A DNA stretch of 64,000 nt from Flavobacteriales bacterium. Its GTDB lineage: Bacteria > Bacteroidota > Bacteroidia > Flavobacteriales > BACL11. Where the stretch lies: positions 18,016 through 82,015 of the forward strand of contig JABGSE010000024.1 in NCBI GenBank assembly GCA_018647945.1, read 5' to 3'. Below the pieces are notes generated by a model. It had not been told where the DNA came from and ran no database searches. It worked only from the letters and a program-made list of their open reading frames with translations. Of the stretch, positions 30,794 through 40,469 are shown in pieces (positions within the stretch are counted from its first letter, which is position 1; every line of letters starts with the position of its first letter). The position numbers were made by a program, and so were the translations under genes.

Positions 30794-31089
30794 ACACAAT
30801 TTTATTACAATCCTCAACCGGAAACGGTCCATCACAATTATTATTTTTTGGATTAATTTTTGTAGTGATGTATTTTTTCATGATTCGTCCACAAATCAAA
30901 AAGCAAAAGAAAGAAAGACAATTTAGAGAAGAATTGAAAAAAGGTGATAAAATAGTTACTGTTGGTGGTATTCATGGGAAAATCATTGAATTAACCGACA
31001 ATACAGTAACTGTTGACTGCAATGGAACAAAATTAAAAGTAGAGAAATCTGCAATTTCAACCTATGTTGATTCTCAAATAGAAAGTTAG
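30790..31089 (+). CDS. yajC: preprotein translocase subunit YajC
   Basis: One TM, then MIRPQIKKQKKERQFREELKKGDKIVTVGGIHGKI. Confidence 0.85.
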   Translation: MNTILLQSSTGNGPSQLLFFGLIFVVMYFFMIRPQIKKQKKERQFREELKKGDKIVTVGGIHGKIIELTDNTVTVDCNGTKLKVEKSAISTYVDSQIES

Positions 31090-32129
31090 TCGAAAGTTAA
31101 TTCGCAACTAATTGCTCTGTGATCTGATAATTCTTCAGAATGTGTTTTGTAATTGTATGAATTCACTTCTTTTTCATGAAAAATATAATCAATTCTTAAA
31201 GTAGGTATTTTGGTATAAGTTGATCCAATTCCATTTCCAGAATTGATAAATGCATCTGTTTTCCCTTCAGATAATTCTCTGTAAACATAAGAAACGGGAG
31301 TGTCGTTAAAATCACCACAAACAACAATTGGATAGGGAGAATTTTCCATGTGTTTTTTAATTTCTTTGACCTGTTCCGATCTCTTTACAAAGGATCTTTT
31401 TAATCTTCTGGTTATTCCTACAATTCCATTTTTTACTTTTTCCTTTTCAAGTATTGGTGATTTTAAAAAATCAATATCATTTCTGGAAAATAAGTTTGAT
31501 GTCAAATGAATATTGTAAACTCTTATGGTATCCGTTTTAATTATAATATCGGAAAAGATACATGTATTACTTATATCTTCCATTTCACTATTTATAGTGT
31601 CATTAATAATCTCATAATTACTATAAATCACCATATGTAGATTTTCTTTACTTCCCTCTAAGTCTATTGTAGAATATTTAAAATCAAATTTTAATTTTTC
31701 ATTGGGATTGTAATATTCCTGAATACACAGAATATCTACATTTTCTGTATGAACGAAATCAATAATTTTATCATCAATATCTTCATCATTTATCCATCTC
31801 CAAGCATTAAACAATCTTACATTGTAGGACATTATTTTTATCGAATTTTGTTTTGTTTTTGTAGTGTTATGAAAACTGATGTATCGGCTTAAATAGGGCA
31901 ATGAAAATAATAGAATTACTATGTTTATTATCATGAATTTTTTATTGAAAAATATCCAATAAATTAAACACAGAAGATTTACAAATAATATAATAGGGAA
32001 AAATAATCCTGAAAAAGCCAATGGCCAAATATGAGATGGATTAACAAAAGGGGAGATGTAGGATATAACTAGTGTAAACAATAAAATAATGTTTATTACA
32101 AAGAGAACATTATTTAAGATTTTTTTCAT
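31086..32129 (-). CDS. membrane-anchored endonuclease/exonuclease/phosphatase family protein
   Basis: Three N-terminal TM helices, then EEP motifs (IMSYNVRLFN, ILCIQEY, GDFNDTP, SDHRAI). Confidence 0.7.
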   Translation of the reverse strand: MKKILNNVLFVINIILLFTLVISYISPFVNPSHIWPLAFSGLFFPIILFVNLLCLIYWIFFNKKFMIINIVILLFSLPYLSRYISFHNTTKTKQNSIKIMSYNVRLFNAWRWINDEDIDDKIIDFVHTENVDILCIQEYYNPNEKLKFDFKYSTIDLEGSKENLHMVIYSNYEIINDTINSEMEDISNTCIFSDIIIKTDTIRVYNIHLTSNLFSRNDIDFLKSPILEKEKVKNGIVGITRRLKRSFVKRSEQVKEIKKHMENSPYPIVVCGDFNDTPVSYVYRELSEGKTDAFINSGNGIGSTYTKIPTLRIDYIFHEKEVNSYNYKTHSEELSDHRAISCELTFD

Positions 32130-33016
32130 TTTTTACTTTCTTTAAAAAGAATATTTTTTTCATCATTTGTTAAGCTTTCATATCCTGATTTTGATATTTT
32201 TTCCAAAATTAAATTTATTTGTTTCTGAGCGTCAGATTTATTCTTCCTAAAAGAATCATCATTTCCTTTTTTATTTCTTTTATGTACTTTTTTCAATCTA
32301 CTTTTCTTTTGAAAAGTGAAAGAAAAATATCCAATAAATTTATGAAAGTTTATAGATAAATCTATTCCTTTTTTAAGAAGTATAATATATAAGAAACCAA
32401 ATATTGTTCCTCCTAAATGTGCTATATGCCCTCCTGGATTTTCCGGTGAAATACTTAAAAAATCTAAAACTACAAGAGTTAAAGCTATGTGTTTTATTTT
32501 AAGACTTCCAATGAATGGAAATTGAACACTGAAATTTGGTGCGTAAGTTGCAATAGCTACAAATATTGCTAAAACAGATGCAGATGCTCCTAAAACTTTT
32601 GATGTAAGTACTTCTTGTGAAAATACTGGAAAAATATTAAATGAGATAATAAAAAATAATCCTCCAGTAATTCCTCCCAAAATATAGGTGCTTACCAATT
32701 GTTTTCCAGTGAAATATTGTAAGAATAATTTAGATCCAAAATGTAACCAAATCAAATTAAAAAGAATGTGTATAAAATCGGTATGAACAAACATATAAGT
32801 TATGAGTGTCCAAGGTTTTTGTAAGAGAAGATTAGTATTTGAAGGTAGGAAAAGATAATCTTCAGTAAAAATAACAACTCCTCCAAACTTAAATAGATAA
32901 CTGAAAACAGCAAGTAAATTATAAGCTATGAAAAAGGCCAGATTTACATAAAGTAATTTGGTAAAACTATTTCCACTTTTATAATTGTTTTTTATGTCAT
33001 TCAAAATTGTATTCAT
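32126..33016 (-). CDS. rhomboid family intramembrane serine protease
   Basis: HTDFIHILFNL, GASASVLAIF (catalytic Ser) and AHLGGTIFG (catalytic His). Basic C-terminal tail. Confidence 0.8.
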   Translation of the reverse strand: MNTILNDIKNNYKSGNSFTKLLYVNLAFFIAYNLLAVFSYLFKFGGVVIFTEDYLFLPSNTNLLLQKPWTLITYMFVHTDFIHILFNLIWLHFGSKLFLQYFTGKQLVSTYILGGITGGLFFIISFNIFPVFSQEVLTSKVLGASASVLAIFVAIATYAPNFSVQFPFIGSLKIKHIALTLVVLDFLSISPENPGGHIAHLGGTIFGFLYIILLKKGIDLSINFHKFIGYFSFTFQKKSRLKKVHKRNKKGNDDSFRKNKSDAQKQINLILEKISKSGYESLTNDEKNILFKESKK

Positions 33017-33754
33017 TTAAAAGTAGATATCTCCTTTTTTCTTCCAGTATTTTAACAATAAAAATCCAAAAATCATCCCTCCTAAATGTGCAAAGTGAGC
33101 AATGTTGTCAGTTGGGTTATTACTTATTCCTGAGAATAAAGCTAAAGCTCCAAGTCCCATTACAAAGTATTTTGCTTTTACAGGAATAGCAAAATAGAGA
33201 TATAATAAAGAATTTGGAAACAACATTCCAAAGGCTAGTAATAAACCATAAACTGCTCCAGAAGCTCCTACAGTAGGAGTGTTAATTAAATTATATAGTT
33301 TCTTCATTTCAAAGGTTGTAGTAACTTTTACATTGTTCACAATTGTGGAGTTTTGATTAACACTTTCTAGTTGATTTGAAGACATAATAGAAGATATCTC
33401 AAAAATTTGATATTGAACAAATAGGATATGGATAATAGCGGCTCCAAAACCAGTAATCATATAATAAATTAAGAATCGTTTTCCTCCCCACATATTTTCA
33501 AGTATCCTACCAAACATCCATAAAGAGAACATATTGAAAAGTAGATGTGTAAAATTCCCATGCATAAAAATATGAGAGATTAATTGATGTGGCATAAAAT
33601 CTTGAGATTGAAATTGATGTAATGAGAAAAGTTTATACATATCAATTTCGTAAGATCCTAAGCACAAAGTTCCCAGAAAAAATAATCCGTTTATAATCAT
33701 TAAATTTTTAACTATTTCTGGTAAATTACTAAAACCTGTATTTCCTATATTCAT
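33017..33754 (-). CDS. rhomboid family intramembrane serine protease
   Basis: HGNFTHLLFNM, GASGAVYGLL and AHLGGMIFG. Confidence 0.85.
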   Translation of the reverse strand: MNIGNTGFSNLPEIVKNLMIINGLFFLGTLCLGSYEIDMYKLFSLHQFQSQDFMPHQLISHIFMHGNFTHLLFNMFSLWMFGRILENMWGGKRFLIYYMITGFGAAIIHILFVQYQIFEISSIMSSNQLESVNQNSTIVNNVKVTTTFEMKKLYNLINTPTVGASGAVYGLLLAFGMLFPNSLLYLYFAIPVKAKYFVMGLGALALFSGISNNPTDNIAHFAHLGGMIFGFLLLKYWKKKGDIYF

Positions 33755-35511
33755 CTTTTAAATCTTTTTTCAATTTCCTTTTTCTCTACGTTAAAGTAAG
33801 TTGTTAATCCTGTAGGATTAACAGAAGGAGTTTCACAATTAAATAATTCTTTTACTATAGCATTCATTTCTTCTGATGTTAATTTTTGTCCATTTTTTAT
33901 GCTGATAATTCGGGATAAAGAAAGATGTATTTTACTTTTAATTTTCTGATTAATATCTTCTTTTTCTATTTCATTATCACTTAATATTTCTTCAAATATA
34001 TTCTGAATATTAGAATTTATGAACTCAGAAGGCATAGAAGTGACTTCAATTTTTTCAGAAGATATATTCAATTGAAAACCAACATCAATTAACTCGTTTT
34101 CCATTTCCGTAATTTCTTGTATTTCAATTTTATTTAGTTTTAATTTCTCTGGAAAAATTAATTGTTGAGAATTCATATTCTGTTTTGAATTATTGCAAAA
34201 ATGCTCAAACAGGATTCGTTGGTGAGCTCTTTGCTGATCAATAATAATAAGTCCGTATTTAGAGTTGGAAACAATAAAATTATTGTCAATTTGGAAACAA
34301 TCAAAATTATTTTCCCCTTCTATGTCTATTTTTTGTTGAGTAAAATTTGTTTCATTTTCTTCTATTAAATCAGGGATATTATGATGGTGAATTTCTTTCT
34401 CTTCAGTTTCAAAAGGATTGTAATTTGTGTTTACCTTTATTTTAGGTTCCGAAATAACATTTGTATTTATTCCTGCCGGAATTTCAAAAGCAGGTTCGGT
34501 ATTAAAATCTAAAGTAGGTGCAATATTGTATTTTCCTAAAGACCTTTTTACCGCAGACCTTAAGATAGCATAAATTGCTTTTTCATCTTCAAACTTAATT
34601 TCTGTTTTAGTAGGATGGATATTGATGTCAATTTGCTTGGGGTCAATCTTCAAATTCAAAAAATAAGATGGATGGTATCCATCTGCTATTAAATCTGTAA
34701 ACGCTTTACTTATGGCATGGTTCAGATAGTAGTTTTTTATAAATCTCCCGTTTACAAAAAAGTATTGTTCTCCTCTAGTTCGTTTTGAAAATTCTGGTTT
34801 ACTAACAAATCCGCTAATTTTTACAAGGTTCGTTTCTTCTTCTACCGGAACAAGTTTTTCATTCGTTTTTGTTCCTATTATATTTACAATTCTTTGTCTG
34901 AAATTAGATTTTTCCAAACGAAAATATTCCATATCATCAATGTATAAACTCCAAACAATTTCTGAGTTTGCAAGAGCAATTCTGGTGAATTGTTCTATTA
35001 TGTGTTTACTTTCTACTTTATCCGATTTCAAGAAATTTCTCCTTGCAGGAACATTGAAAAATAGATTTTTTATTTTTACAGAAGTTCCATTTGCACATAC
35101 ACAACCTTCTTGATTTTTTATTTCACTTCCTTCAATAATTATTTTTGTTCCGAGCTCTTCATTTGTAAGTTTAGTACAAACCTCTACATGAGCAATTGCA
35201 GCCATGGATGCCATTGCTTCTCCTCTAAACCCCATTGTTTTAATATTGAATAAATCATCCGCCTTTCTAATTTTGGAAGTTGCATGTCTCTCAAAACTCA
35301 TTTTGGCATCTGTTTCACTCATTCCACATCCATTATCTACAACTTGTATAAGCGTTTTTCCGGCATCTTTTACAAAGAGTTTTATGATAGTAGCTCCTGA
35401 ATCCAGAGCGTTTTCTAACAATTCTTTTACTGCTGATGAAGGTCTTTGTATGACTTCTCCTGCCGCAATCTGATTTGCTATATGATCTGGTAATAACTGA
35501 ATTATATCCAA
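33751..35511 (-). CDS. mutL: DNA mismatch repair protein MutL
   Basis: LPDHIANQIAAGEVIQRPSSAVKELLENALDSGA, DNGCGM and GFRGEA motifs. Confidence 0.95.
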   Translation of the reverse strand: MDIIQLLPDHIANQIAAGEVIQRPSSAVKELLENALDSGATIIKLFVKDAGKTLIQVVDNGCGMSETDAKMSFERHATSKIRKADDLFNIKTMGFRGEAMASMAAIAHVEVCTKLTNEELGTKIIIEGSEIKNQEGCVCANGTSVKIKNLFFNVPARRNFLKSDKVESKHIIEQFTRIALANSEIVWSLYIDDMEYFRLEKSNFRQRIVNIIGTKTNEKLVPVEEETNLVKISGFVSKPEFSKRTRGEQYFFVNGRFIKNYYLNHAISKAFTDLIADGYHPSYFLNLKIDPKQIDINIHPTKTEIKFEDEKAIYAILRSAVKRSLGKYNIAPTLDFNTEPAFEIPAGINTNVISEPKIKVNTNYNPFETEEKEIHHHNIPDLIEENETNFTQQKIDIEGENNFDCFQIDNNFIVSNSKYGLIIIDQQRAHQRILFEHFCNNSKQNMNSQQLIFPEKLKLNKIEIQEITEMENELIDVGFQLNISSEKIEVTSMPSEFINSNIQNIFEEILSDNEIEKEDINQKIKSKIHLSLSRIISIKNGQKLTSEEMNAIVKELFNCETPSVNPTGLTTYFNVEKKEIEKRFKR

Positions 35512-35519
35512 TTTATTTT

Positions 35520-35753
35520 TTATTTTAATATTAAATATGCAAAGACTAATAAAATGAAAAGTACAGTAACAAGTCGGAACGTTCTACCTTTATTCATCCC
35601 TGAATTTCTGTCACTTTTAAATTTAATTTCCACAGATTTCCCTTCTTTTAGTTTTGATAACCTTTCTTTGCTTTCATCATAATATCTGGTACTGAAGGTA
35701 AACTGTTTGTTTTTCTGGCTTTTAAACATAGATGGAAGTCGGGGTGCTTGCAT
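35520..35753 (-). CDS. small tail-anchored membrane protein, unknown function
   Basis: 77 aa with a basic N-terminal region and one C-terminal TM (LVTVLFILLVFAYLIL). It lies 8 nt upstream of mutL on the same strand. Confidence 0.4.
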   Translation of the reverse strand: MQAPRLPSMFKSQKNKQFTFSTRYYDESKERLSKLKEGKSVEIKFKSDRNSGMNKGRTFRLVTVLFILLVFAYLILK

Positions 35754-35809
35754 CTTACAAAAGTATAAAATTAATAGTCAGAATAAAGAAAAATAAAGTC
35801 AATTATAAA

Positions 35810-37375
35810 ATGAAATACAATTTGTATTTTTGCAAAGTGAATAAACATAAGATTTCATATAAAGATACTGAATTATTTTCAAAATTAATTATTGATTATT
35901 TAAGTGAGAATGAGAAGTTAAGTTCTTTTATCAACCATTTCCCTTCTCTTAAAGATTTCGGAAAACAAATAGAAGAACAGAAAAAATCTAAAACAAACAG
36001 AAATTTATTAATTGATGTTTTAAGAAATCAATATTCTAATCTTTCTGTTTCTGATAAAGTGGAAAATAATATTGATTTATTAAAGTCAGAAAATACTTTT
36101 ACCATAACAACAGGTCATCAGCTTTGTTTATTTACAGGTCCACTTTATTTTATTTATAAGATTATTTCTACCATTAATCTTACAGAGCAATTAAAAAAAG
36201 AATATCCTGAAAATAATTTTGTTCCTATTTTCTGGATGGCTTCAGAAGATCATGATTTTGAGGAGGTAAATCACATTCACTTATTTGGTAAAAAGTATGA
36301 ATGGAACAGTGATGAAAGTGGAATGGTAGGAGATTTTAATACTTCAGAAATCTCTAAAATTATTAGTGAAATATCATCTATTTTAGGAGATACTGAGAAT
36401 GCAAATTCAATTATAGATTTATTAAGAAGTTGTTATAAAGACAATTCTCTATCGGACGCTACCAGATTATTGGTAAATGAATTATTTGGAAAATACGGTA
36501 TTGTAATATTAGACGCTAATGATAAAGAGTTAAAAAAACAACTTCTTCCAATAATAAAGAGAGATGTTTTGCATCAGGAATTAACCCCAATTATTTCTGA
36601 GAACACATCTTCTTTTTCGGAAAATTATAAACCACAAGCAATTGTTAGAAATGTTAATTTCTTTAAACTTTCTGAAGGGAAAAGAGAACGAATTCAAGAG
36701 GTGATTTTAGAAGAAGAGATTGAAAGTAACTCCGAGATATTTAGCCCAAATGTTCTGATGAGACCTTTATATCAGGAATTAATTTTACCAAATATAGCTT
36801 ATATTGGAGGGGGTGCAGAAGTGGCGTATTGGATGCAATTAAAATCGGTGTTTAAAGAGTTAAATATTGTTTTTCCAATGTTGGTTTTACGGAATTCTGT
36901 TATGTGGGTAGAAGAAAAAGATTACACAAAATGGAATAATTTAGGTTTTAAAATAGAAGATATTTTTCTTTCAGAAAATAAATTACAAAATAAATTTGCA
37001 GAAACAAAATCCTCAGTTAGTTTAGAAAAAGAGAAACTTCAGATTGAAAAAATATATCAAGAAATAACACATAAAACCCAGGATATCGGAATGAAATCTT
37101 CCATAGATTCAGAATTGACAAAACAACTGAATTCCATTAAAAAGATAGAGAGAAAACTACTGAAATCAGAAAAACAGAAACATAAAATTTCTCTGAATCA
37201 GATTAGTAAAATAAAACAAAAATTATTTCCTAATAATATTTTACAAGAACGATTTGACAATATTATTCCATTCTATTTTAAGTATGGAGAAAAATTTATT
37301 GAAACATTAAAAGAAGAAATAGACCCACTCGATACAAATTTCTTAATTTTGTCGCCACAGAAAAATAAACAATGA
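35810..37375 (+). CDS. bshC: bacillithiol biosynthesis cysteine-adding enzyme BshC
   Basis: [37 protein letters not shown]-terminal region, [17 protein letters not shown] and WMASEDHD motifs. The ORF-track start at 35732 is unlikely. The first ATG is at 35810. A GTG at 35837 gives the best length match to BshC N-termini as I remember them. Confidence 0.75.
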   Translation: MKYNLYFCKVNKHKISYKDTELFSKLIIDYLSENEKLSSFINHFPSLKDFGKQIEEQKKSKTNRNLLIDVLRNQYSNLSVSDKVENNIDLLKSENTFTITTGHQLCLFTGPLYFIYKIISTINLTEQLKKEYPENNFVPIFWMASEDHDFEEVNHIHLFGKKYEWNSDESGMVGDFNTSEISKIISEISSILGDTENANSIIDLLRSCYKDNSLSDATRLLVNELFGKYGIVILDANDKELKKQLLPIIKRDVLHQELTPIISENTSSFSENYKPQAIVRNVNFFKLSEGKRERIQEVILEEEIESNSEIFSPNVLMRPLYQELILPNIAYIGGGAEVAYWMQLKSVFKELNIVFPMLVLRNSVMWVEEKDYTKWNNLGFKIEDIFLSENKLQNKFAETKSSVSLEKEKLQIEKIYQEITHKTQDIGMKSSIDSELTKQLNSIKKIERKLLKSEKQKHKISLNQISKIKQKLFPNNILQERFDNIIPFYFKYGEKFIETLKEEIDPLDTNFLILSPQKNKQ

Positions 37376-38907
37376 CACACGAAAAAATCATTATTTTAGA
37401 TTTCGGATCTCAATACACACAACTTATTGCTCGTAGAGTAAGGGAGTTAAATATTTATTGTGAAATTTATCCTTTTAATAAACTTCTAGTAATAGATGAA
37501 GATGTAAAAGCGGTTATTCTTTCTGGAAGCCCTTTCTCGGTAAGAGATAAAAACTCTCCTGTTCCGAATCTGAAAAATATTAAAGGAAAATTACCTTTGC
37601 TAGGAGTGTGTTATGGAGCTCAGTATTTGGCTAAAAATAGTGGAGGGGAAGTTCTTCCATCTAAGATAAGAGAATATGGTAGAGCAAATTTATCTTATGT
37701 TAACAATGGTAATATTTTGTTCACAGATGTTCCTAATGGTTCGCAAGTTTGGATGAGTCATGGAGACACAATTTCTACTTTGCCATCCAATTTCGAAATT
37801 ATAGCTAGTACAAAAGATGTGAAAGTAGCGGCTTATAAAATAGAGAATGAGGAAACTTACGCTATTCAGTTTCACCCTGAAGTGTATCATTCTACAGATG
37901 GAAAACAGATTTTACAAAACTTTTTAGTTGATGTTGCTGGATGTACTCAAGACTGGACTCCATCTTCATTTGTAGAAGATACTGTAAATGAATTAAAAGA
38001 AAAATTAGGAAACGATAAAGTAGTATTAGGTCTTTCAGGAGGCGTCGATTCTACTGTTGCAGCGGTACTATTACATAAAGCGATAGGAGAAAATTTGTAT
38101 TGTATTTTTGTAGATAATGGATTGTTAAGAAAAGATGAATTTGAGTCTGTTTTAAAACAATATCATGGTATGGGATTGAATGTGAAGGGAGTAAATGCTA
38201 AAGATAGATTTTATGAAAAATTAGCAGGTTTAACTGATCCTGAAAATAAAAGAAAAGCAATTGGAGGTACATTTATTGATGTCTTTGATGATGAATCTAA
38301 TTTAATAAAAGATGTAAAATGGTTGGCTCAAGGTACAATTTACCCTGATGTTATTGAATCTATTTCAGCAACTGGAGGACCATCAGCAACTATTAAATCT
38401 CACCATAATGTTGGAGGTTTGCCAGATTATATGAAATTAAAAATTGTAGAACCTCTAAAAACTTTGTTTAAAGATGAAGTAAGAAGAATAGGGAAATCAT
38501 TGGGAATAGATGCAGAACTTTTAGGTAGACACCCTTTTCCTGGTCCTGGTTTGGCGATTCGTATTTTGGGTGATATTAATTCTGAGAAAGTTCGTATATT
38601 ACAAGAAGTAGATCATATTTTTATTTCTTCTTTAAAAAAAGATGGTTTGTACGATTCAGTTTGGCAGGCTGGAGCTATTTTCTTACCAGTTCAATCTGTT
38701 GGAGTAATGGGAGACGAAAGAACTTATGAAAATGCGGTAGCACTTAGAGCGGTAGAATCTACAGATGGGATGACTGCAGATTGGGTGCATTTACCATATG
38801 AATTTTTGGCAAAAGTATCTAATGAAATTATAAATAAAGTAAAGGGTATTAACAGAGTGGTTTACGATATTTCATCAAAGCCACCGGCAACAATTGAATG
38901 GGAATAA
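37372..38907 (+). CDS. guaA: glutamine-hydrolysing GMP synthase
   Basis: GATase domain ([13 protein letters not shown]), PP-loop LSGGVDS, and the C-terminal [12 protein letters not shown] overlap with bshC. Confidence 0.95.
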   Translation: MTHEKIIILDFGSQYTQLIARRVRELNIYCEIYPFNKLLVIDEDVKAVILSGSPFSVRDKNSPVPNLKNIKGKLPLLGVCYGAQYLAKNSGGEVLPSKIREYGRANLSYVNNGNILFTDVPNGSQVWMSHGDTISTLPSNFEIIASTKDVKVAAYKIENEETYAIQFHPEVYHSTDGKQILQNFLVDVAGCTQDWTPSSFVEDTVNELKEKLGNDKVVLGLSGGVDSTVAAVLLHKAIGENLYCIFVDNGLLRKDEFESVLKQYHGMGLNVKGVNAKDRFYEKLAGLTDPENKRKAIGGTFIDVFDDESNLIKDVKWLAQGTIYPDVIESISATGGPSATIKSHHNVGGLPDYMKLKIVEPLKTLFKDEVRRIGKSLGIDAELLGRHPFPGPGLAIRILGDINSEKVRILQEVDHIFISSLKKDGLYDSVWQAGAIFLPVQSVGVMGDERTYENAVALRAVESTDGMTADWVHLPYEFLAKVSNEIINKVKGINRVVYDISSKPPATIEWE

Positions 38908-40113
38908 ATGAAATGTATTGTTAAAATAGGATTTTTATTTTGTTTGATATTTGGGAGTTATTATTCTCATTCTCAAGATAAAGTGAAATTTGGTTATTTT
39001 AATAAAAATCATAAAATTGAAATAAAGAAAACTCCTGAAAAGGATACTATAATTCCTAAAGAAAATAATCTATTTTTCAAAACTCCAAAAAGTAATGATA
39101 CAATAAATATTGCTGTTTTACTTCCTTTTTACACCAAGTTAAACGATACTTTAGTTAAAAATTGGAGTATTGAAGGAAAGGATATAAACCAAATTTATTT
39201 TAAATCAAAACTTTCTTTAAAACTATTAGAGGGAATTTTATTGGCAACCGATTCTTTATCTAATAGAGGTATATGTGTTCGTCTTTCAGTTTTTGATACT
39301 GAAAATAATAAGAATGTTGTAAATAAACTATTGCATTCTGACACGCTAAATTCTGTAAATATTATTTTTGGACCACTTTATTCCAGTAATTTTAAAGTTG
39401 TCAGTCAGTTTTTTAAATTTGATAAGAAAAAAACCTTTATTAATCCATTATCTTCTCATGTGGATTTATTGAGAAGAAACCCAAATGTGTATTCTCTAAC
39501 TCCTGCAGATAAAATTATACGAGATAGTATTTCTTCATTTGTTATCAGAAAAAGGGATAAAAAAAATATAGTTATTTTTTCATTAGCGAATGAAAGCAAG
39601 AACTCTGATTATATAAAATTAAAAATTAATAAGCAGTTAATTCCAGTTAATTATAAGATGTTTTCCTCTATAAAAGATATAACTTCAGAATCTTTAAGTG
39701 CCGAATTGAATTCTGATACTTCAATAGTAATTATCCCTTCTAACAATAAATCTTTTGTAACTAAAATAATAGCTTTGCTTGGTACTATTGATACTTCAAT
39801 GACTGTGATTGGGATGGAAAGTTGGTCTTCTTTCAATGAGTTAAATACTGAAACTCTAATGAAATTGAATGTTCACCTTCCTTCTACTTATAATTTGGAA
39901 TTGAAAGAGAATGTGAAATTGCAAAGAAAATTTGAAAAAATATATTCTCATAAAATGGATAAATTTTCGATAATATCATACCAATCGATTATTCACTTTT
40001 GCTCAACAGATTCCTACTTTAATTTTAAAAATTTTGTAAAAGGAAATGGATTTGTAAATACCAACATTCAGTTTTTATATTATTCTGACTTTAAGTTAAT
40101 GTCAGTTAATTAA
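38908..40113 (+). CDS. secreted periplasmic-binding-protein (type 1)-like protein, function unknown
   Basis: Signal peptide. INIAVLLPF...LEGILLA...IIFGPLYS pattern resembles the LIVBP-like fold. This is a weak call made by eye. Confidence 0.4.
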   Translation: MKCIVKIGFLFCLIFGSYYSHSQDKVKFGYFNKNHKIEIKKTPEKDTIIPKENNLFFKTPKSNDTINIAVLLPFYTKLNDTLVKNWSIEGKDINQIYFKSKLSLKLLEGILLATDSLSNRGICVRLSVFDTENNKNVVNKLLHSDTLNSVNIIFGPLYSSNFKVVSQFFKFDKKKTFINPLSSHVDLLRRNPNVYSLTPADKIIRDSISSFVIRKRDKKNIVIFSLANESKNSDYIKLKINKQLIPVNYKMFSSIKDITSESLSAELNSDTSIVIIPSNNKSFVTKIIALLGTIDTSMTVIGMESWSSFNELNTETLMKLNVHLPSTYNLELKENVKLQRKFEKIYSHKMDKFSIISYQSIIHFCSTDSYFNFKNFVKGNGFVNTNIQFLYYSDFKLMSVN

Positions 40114-40299
40114 TAATTACTGAACCTAAATAACCAAATGCGGTTATAATTATTAATAAAATAATAATACCCAAATATTTCATATTTTAGGTAAGAAATC
40201 CCCTATAATACTATTTAGTACAGTGTACGATTTTACAATTACCCAAATAAGAGCAGCGACAGGAACTATGTACAACAATCCTCGTATAATAAAAGACAA
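40106..40299 (-). pseudogene. possible relic of a DUF502-type membrane protein gene (two short ORFs linked by an ATGA overlap)
   Basis: My minus-strand translation gives (TTG)SFIIRGLLYIVPVAALIWVIVKSYTVLNSIIGDFLPKI-stop at 40299..40180, then MKYLGIIILLIIITAFGYLGSVIIN-stop at 40183..40106. Together they resemble TM1, the D-box and TM2 of DUF502 proteins. The rest of the family's ~200 aa is absent. Confidence 0.25.
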
Positions 40300-40438
40300 G
40301 AAGTTTAAAAAATTAGCTTTTTATATTATTCATAATGTTAAAATTTTATAATAATTTGAAGTCATAAAATTAATCATAATGTGCAGAGTGATGTTAATAA
40401 GTTGTTTTTTGGAGTAATTTACCAATATAAAAGCTTTG

Positions 40439-40446
40439 TAAATTTG
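40439..40446 (+). promoter_or_regulatory. candidate -7 promoter element (TAnnTTTG) for the surface-protein cluster
   Basis: TAAATTTG lies 24 nt upstream of the ATG at 40470. Confidence 0.4.
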
Positions 40447-40469
40447 TATAATATTATAAATCTATTGAT

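Noticed and set aside
40114-40469. A structured ncRNA (tmRNA, RNase P, SRP, 6S or tRNA) in the largest intergenic gaps (also 45160-45431)
   Set aside because: Both gaps are very AT-rich, with no GC-rich stems and no T-loop-like GGTTCGAAT-type sequences. Nothing resembles conserved cores of these RNAs.
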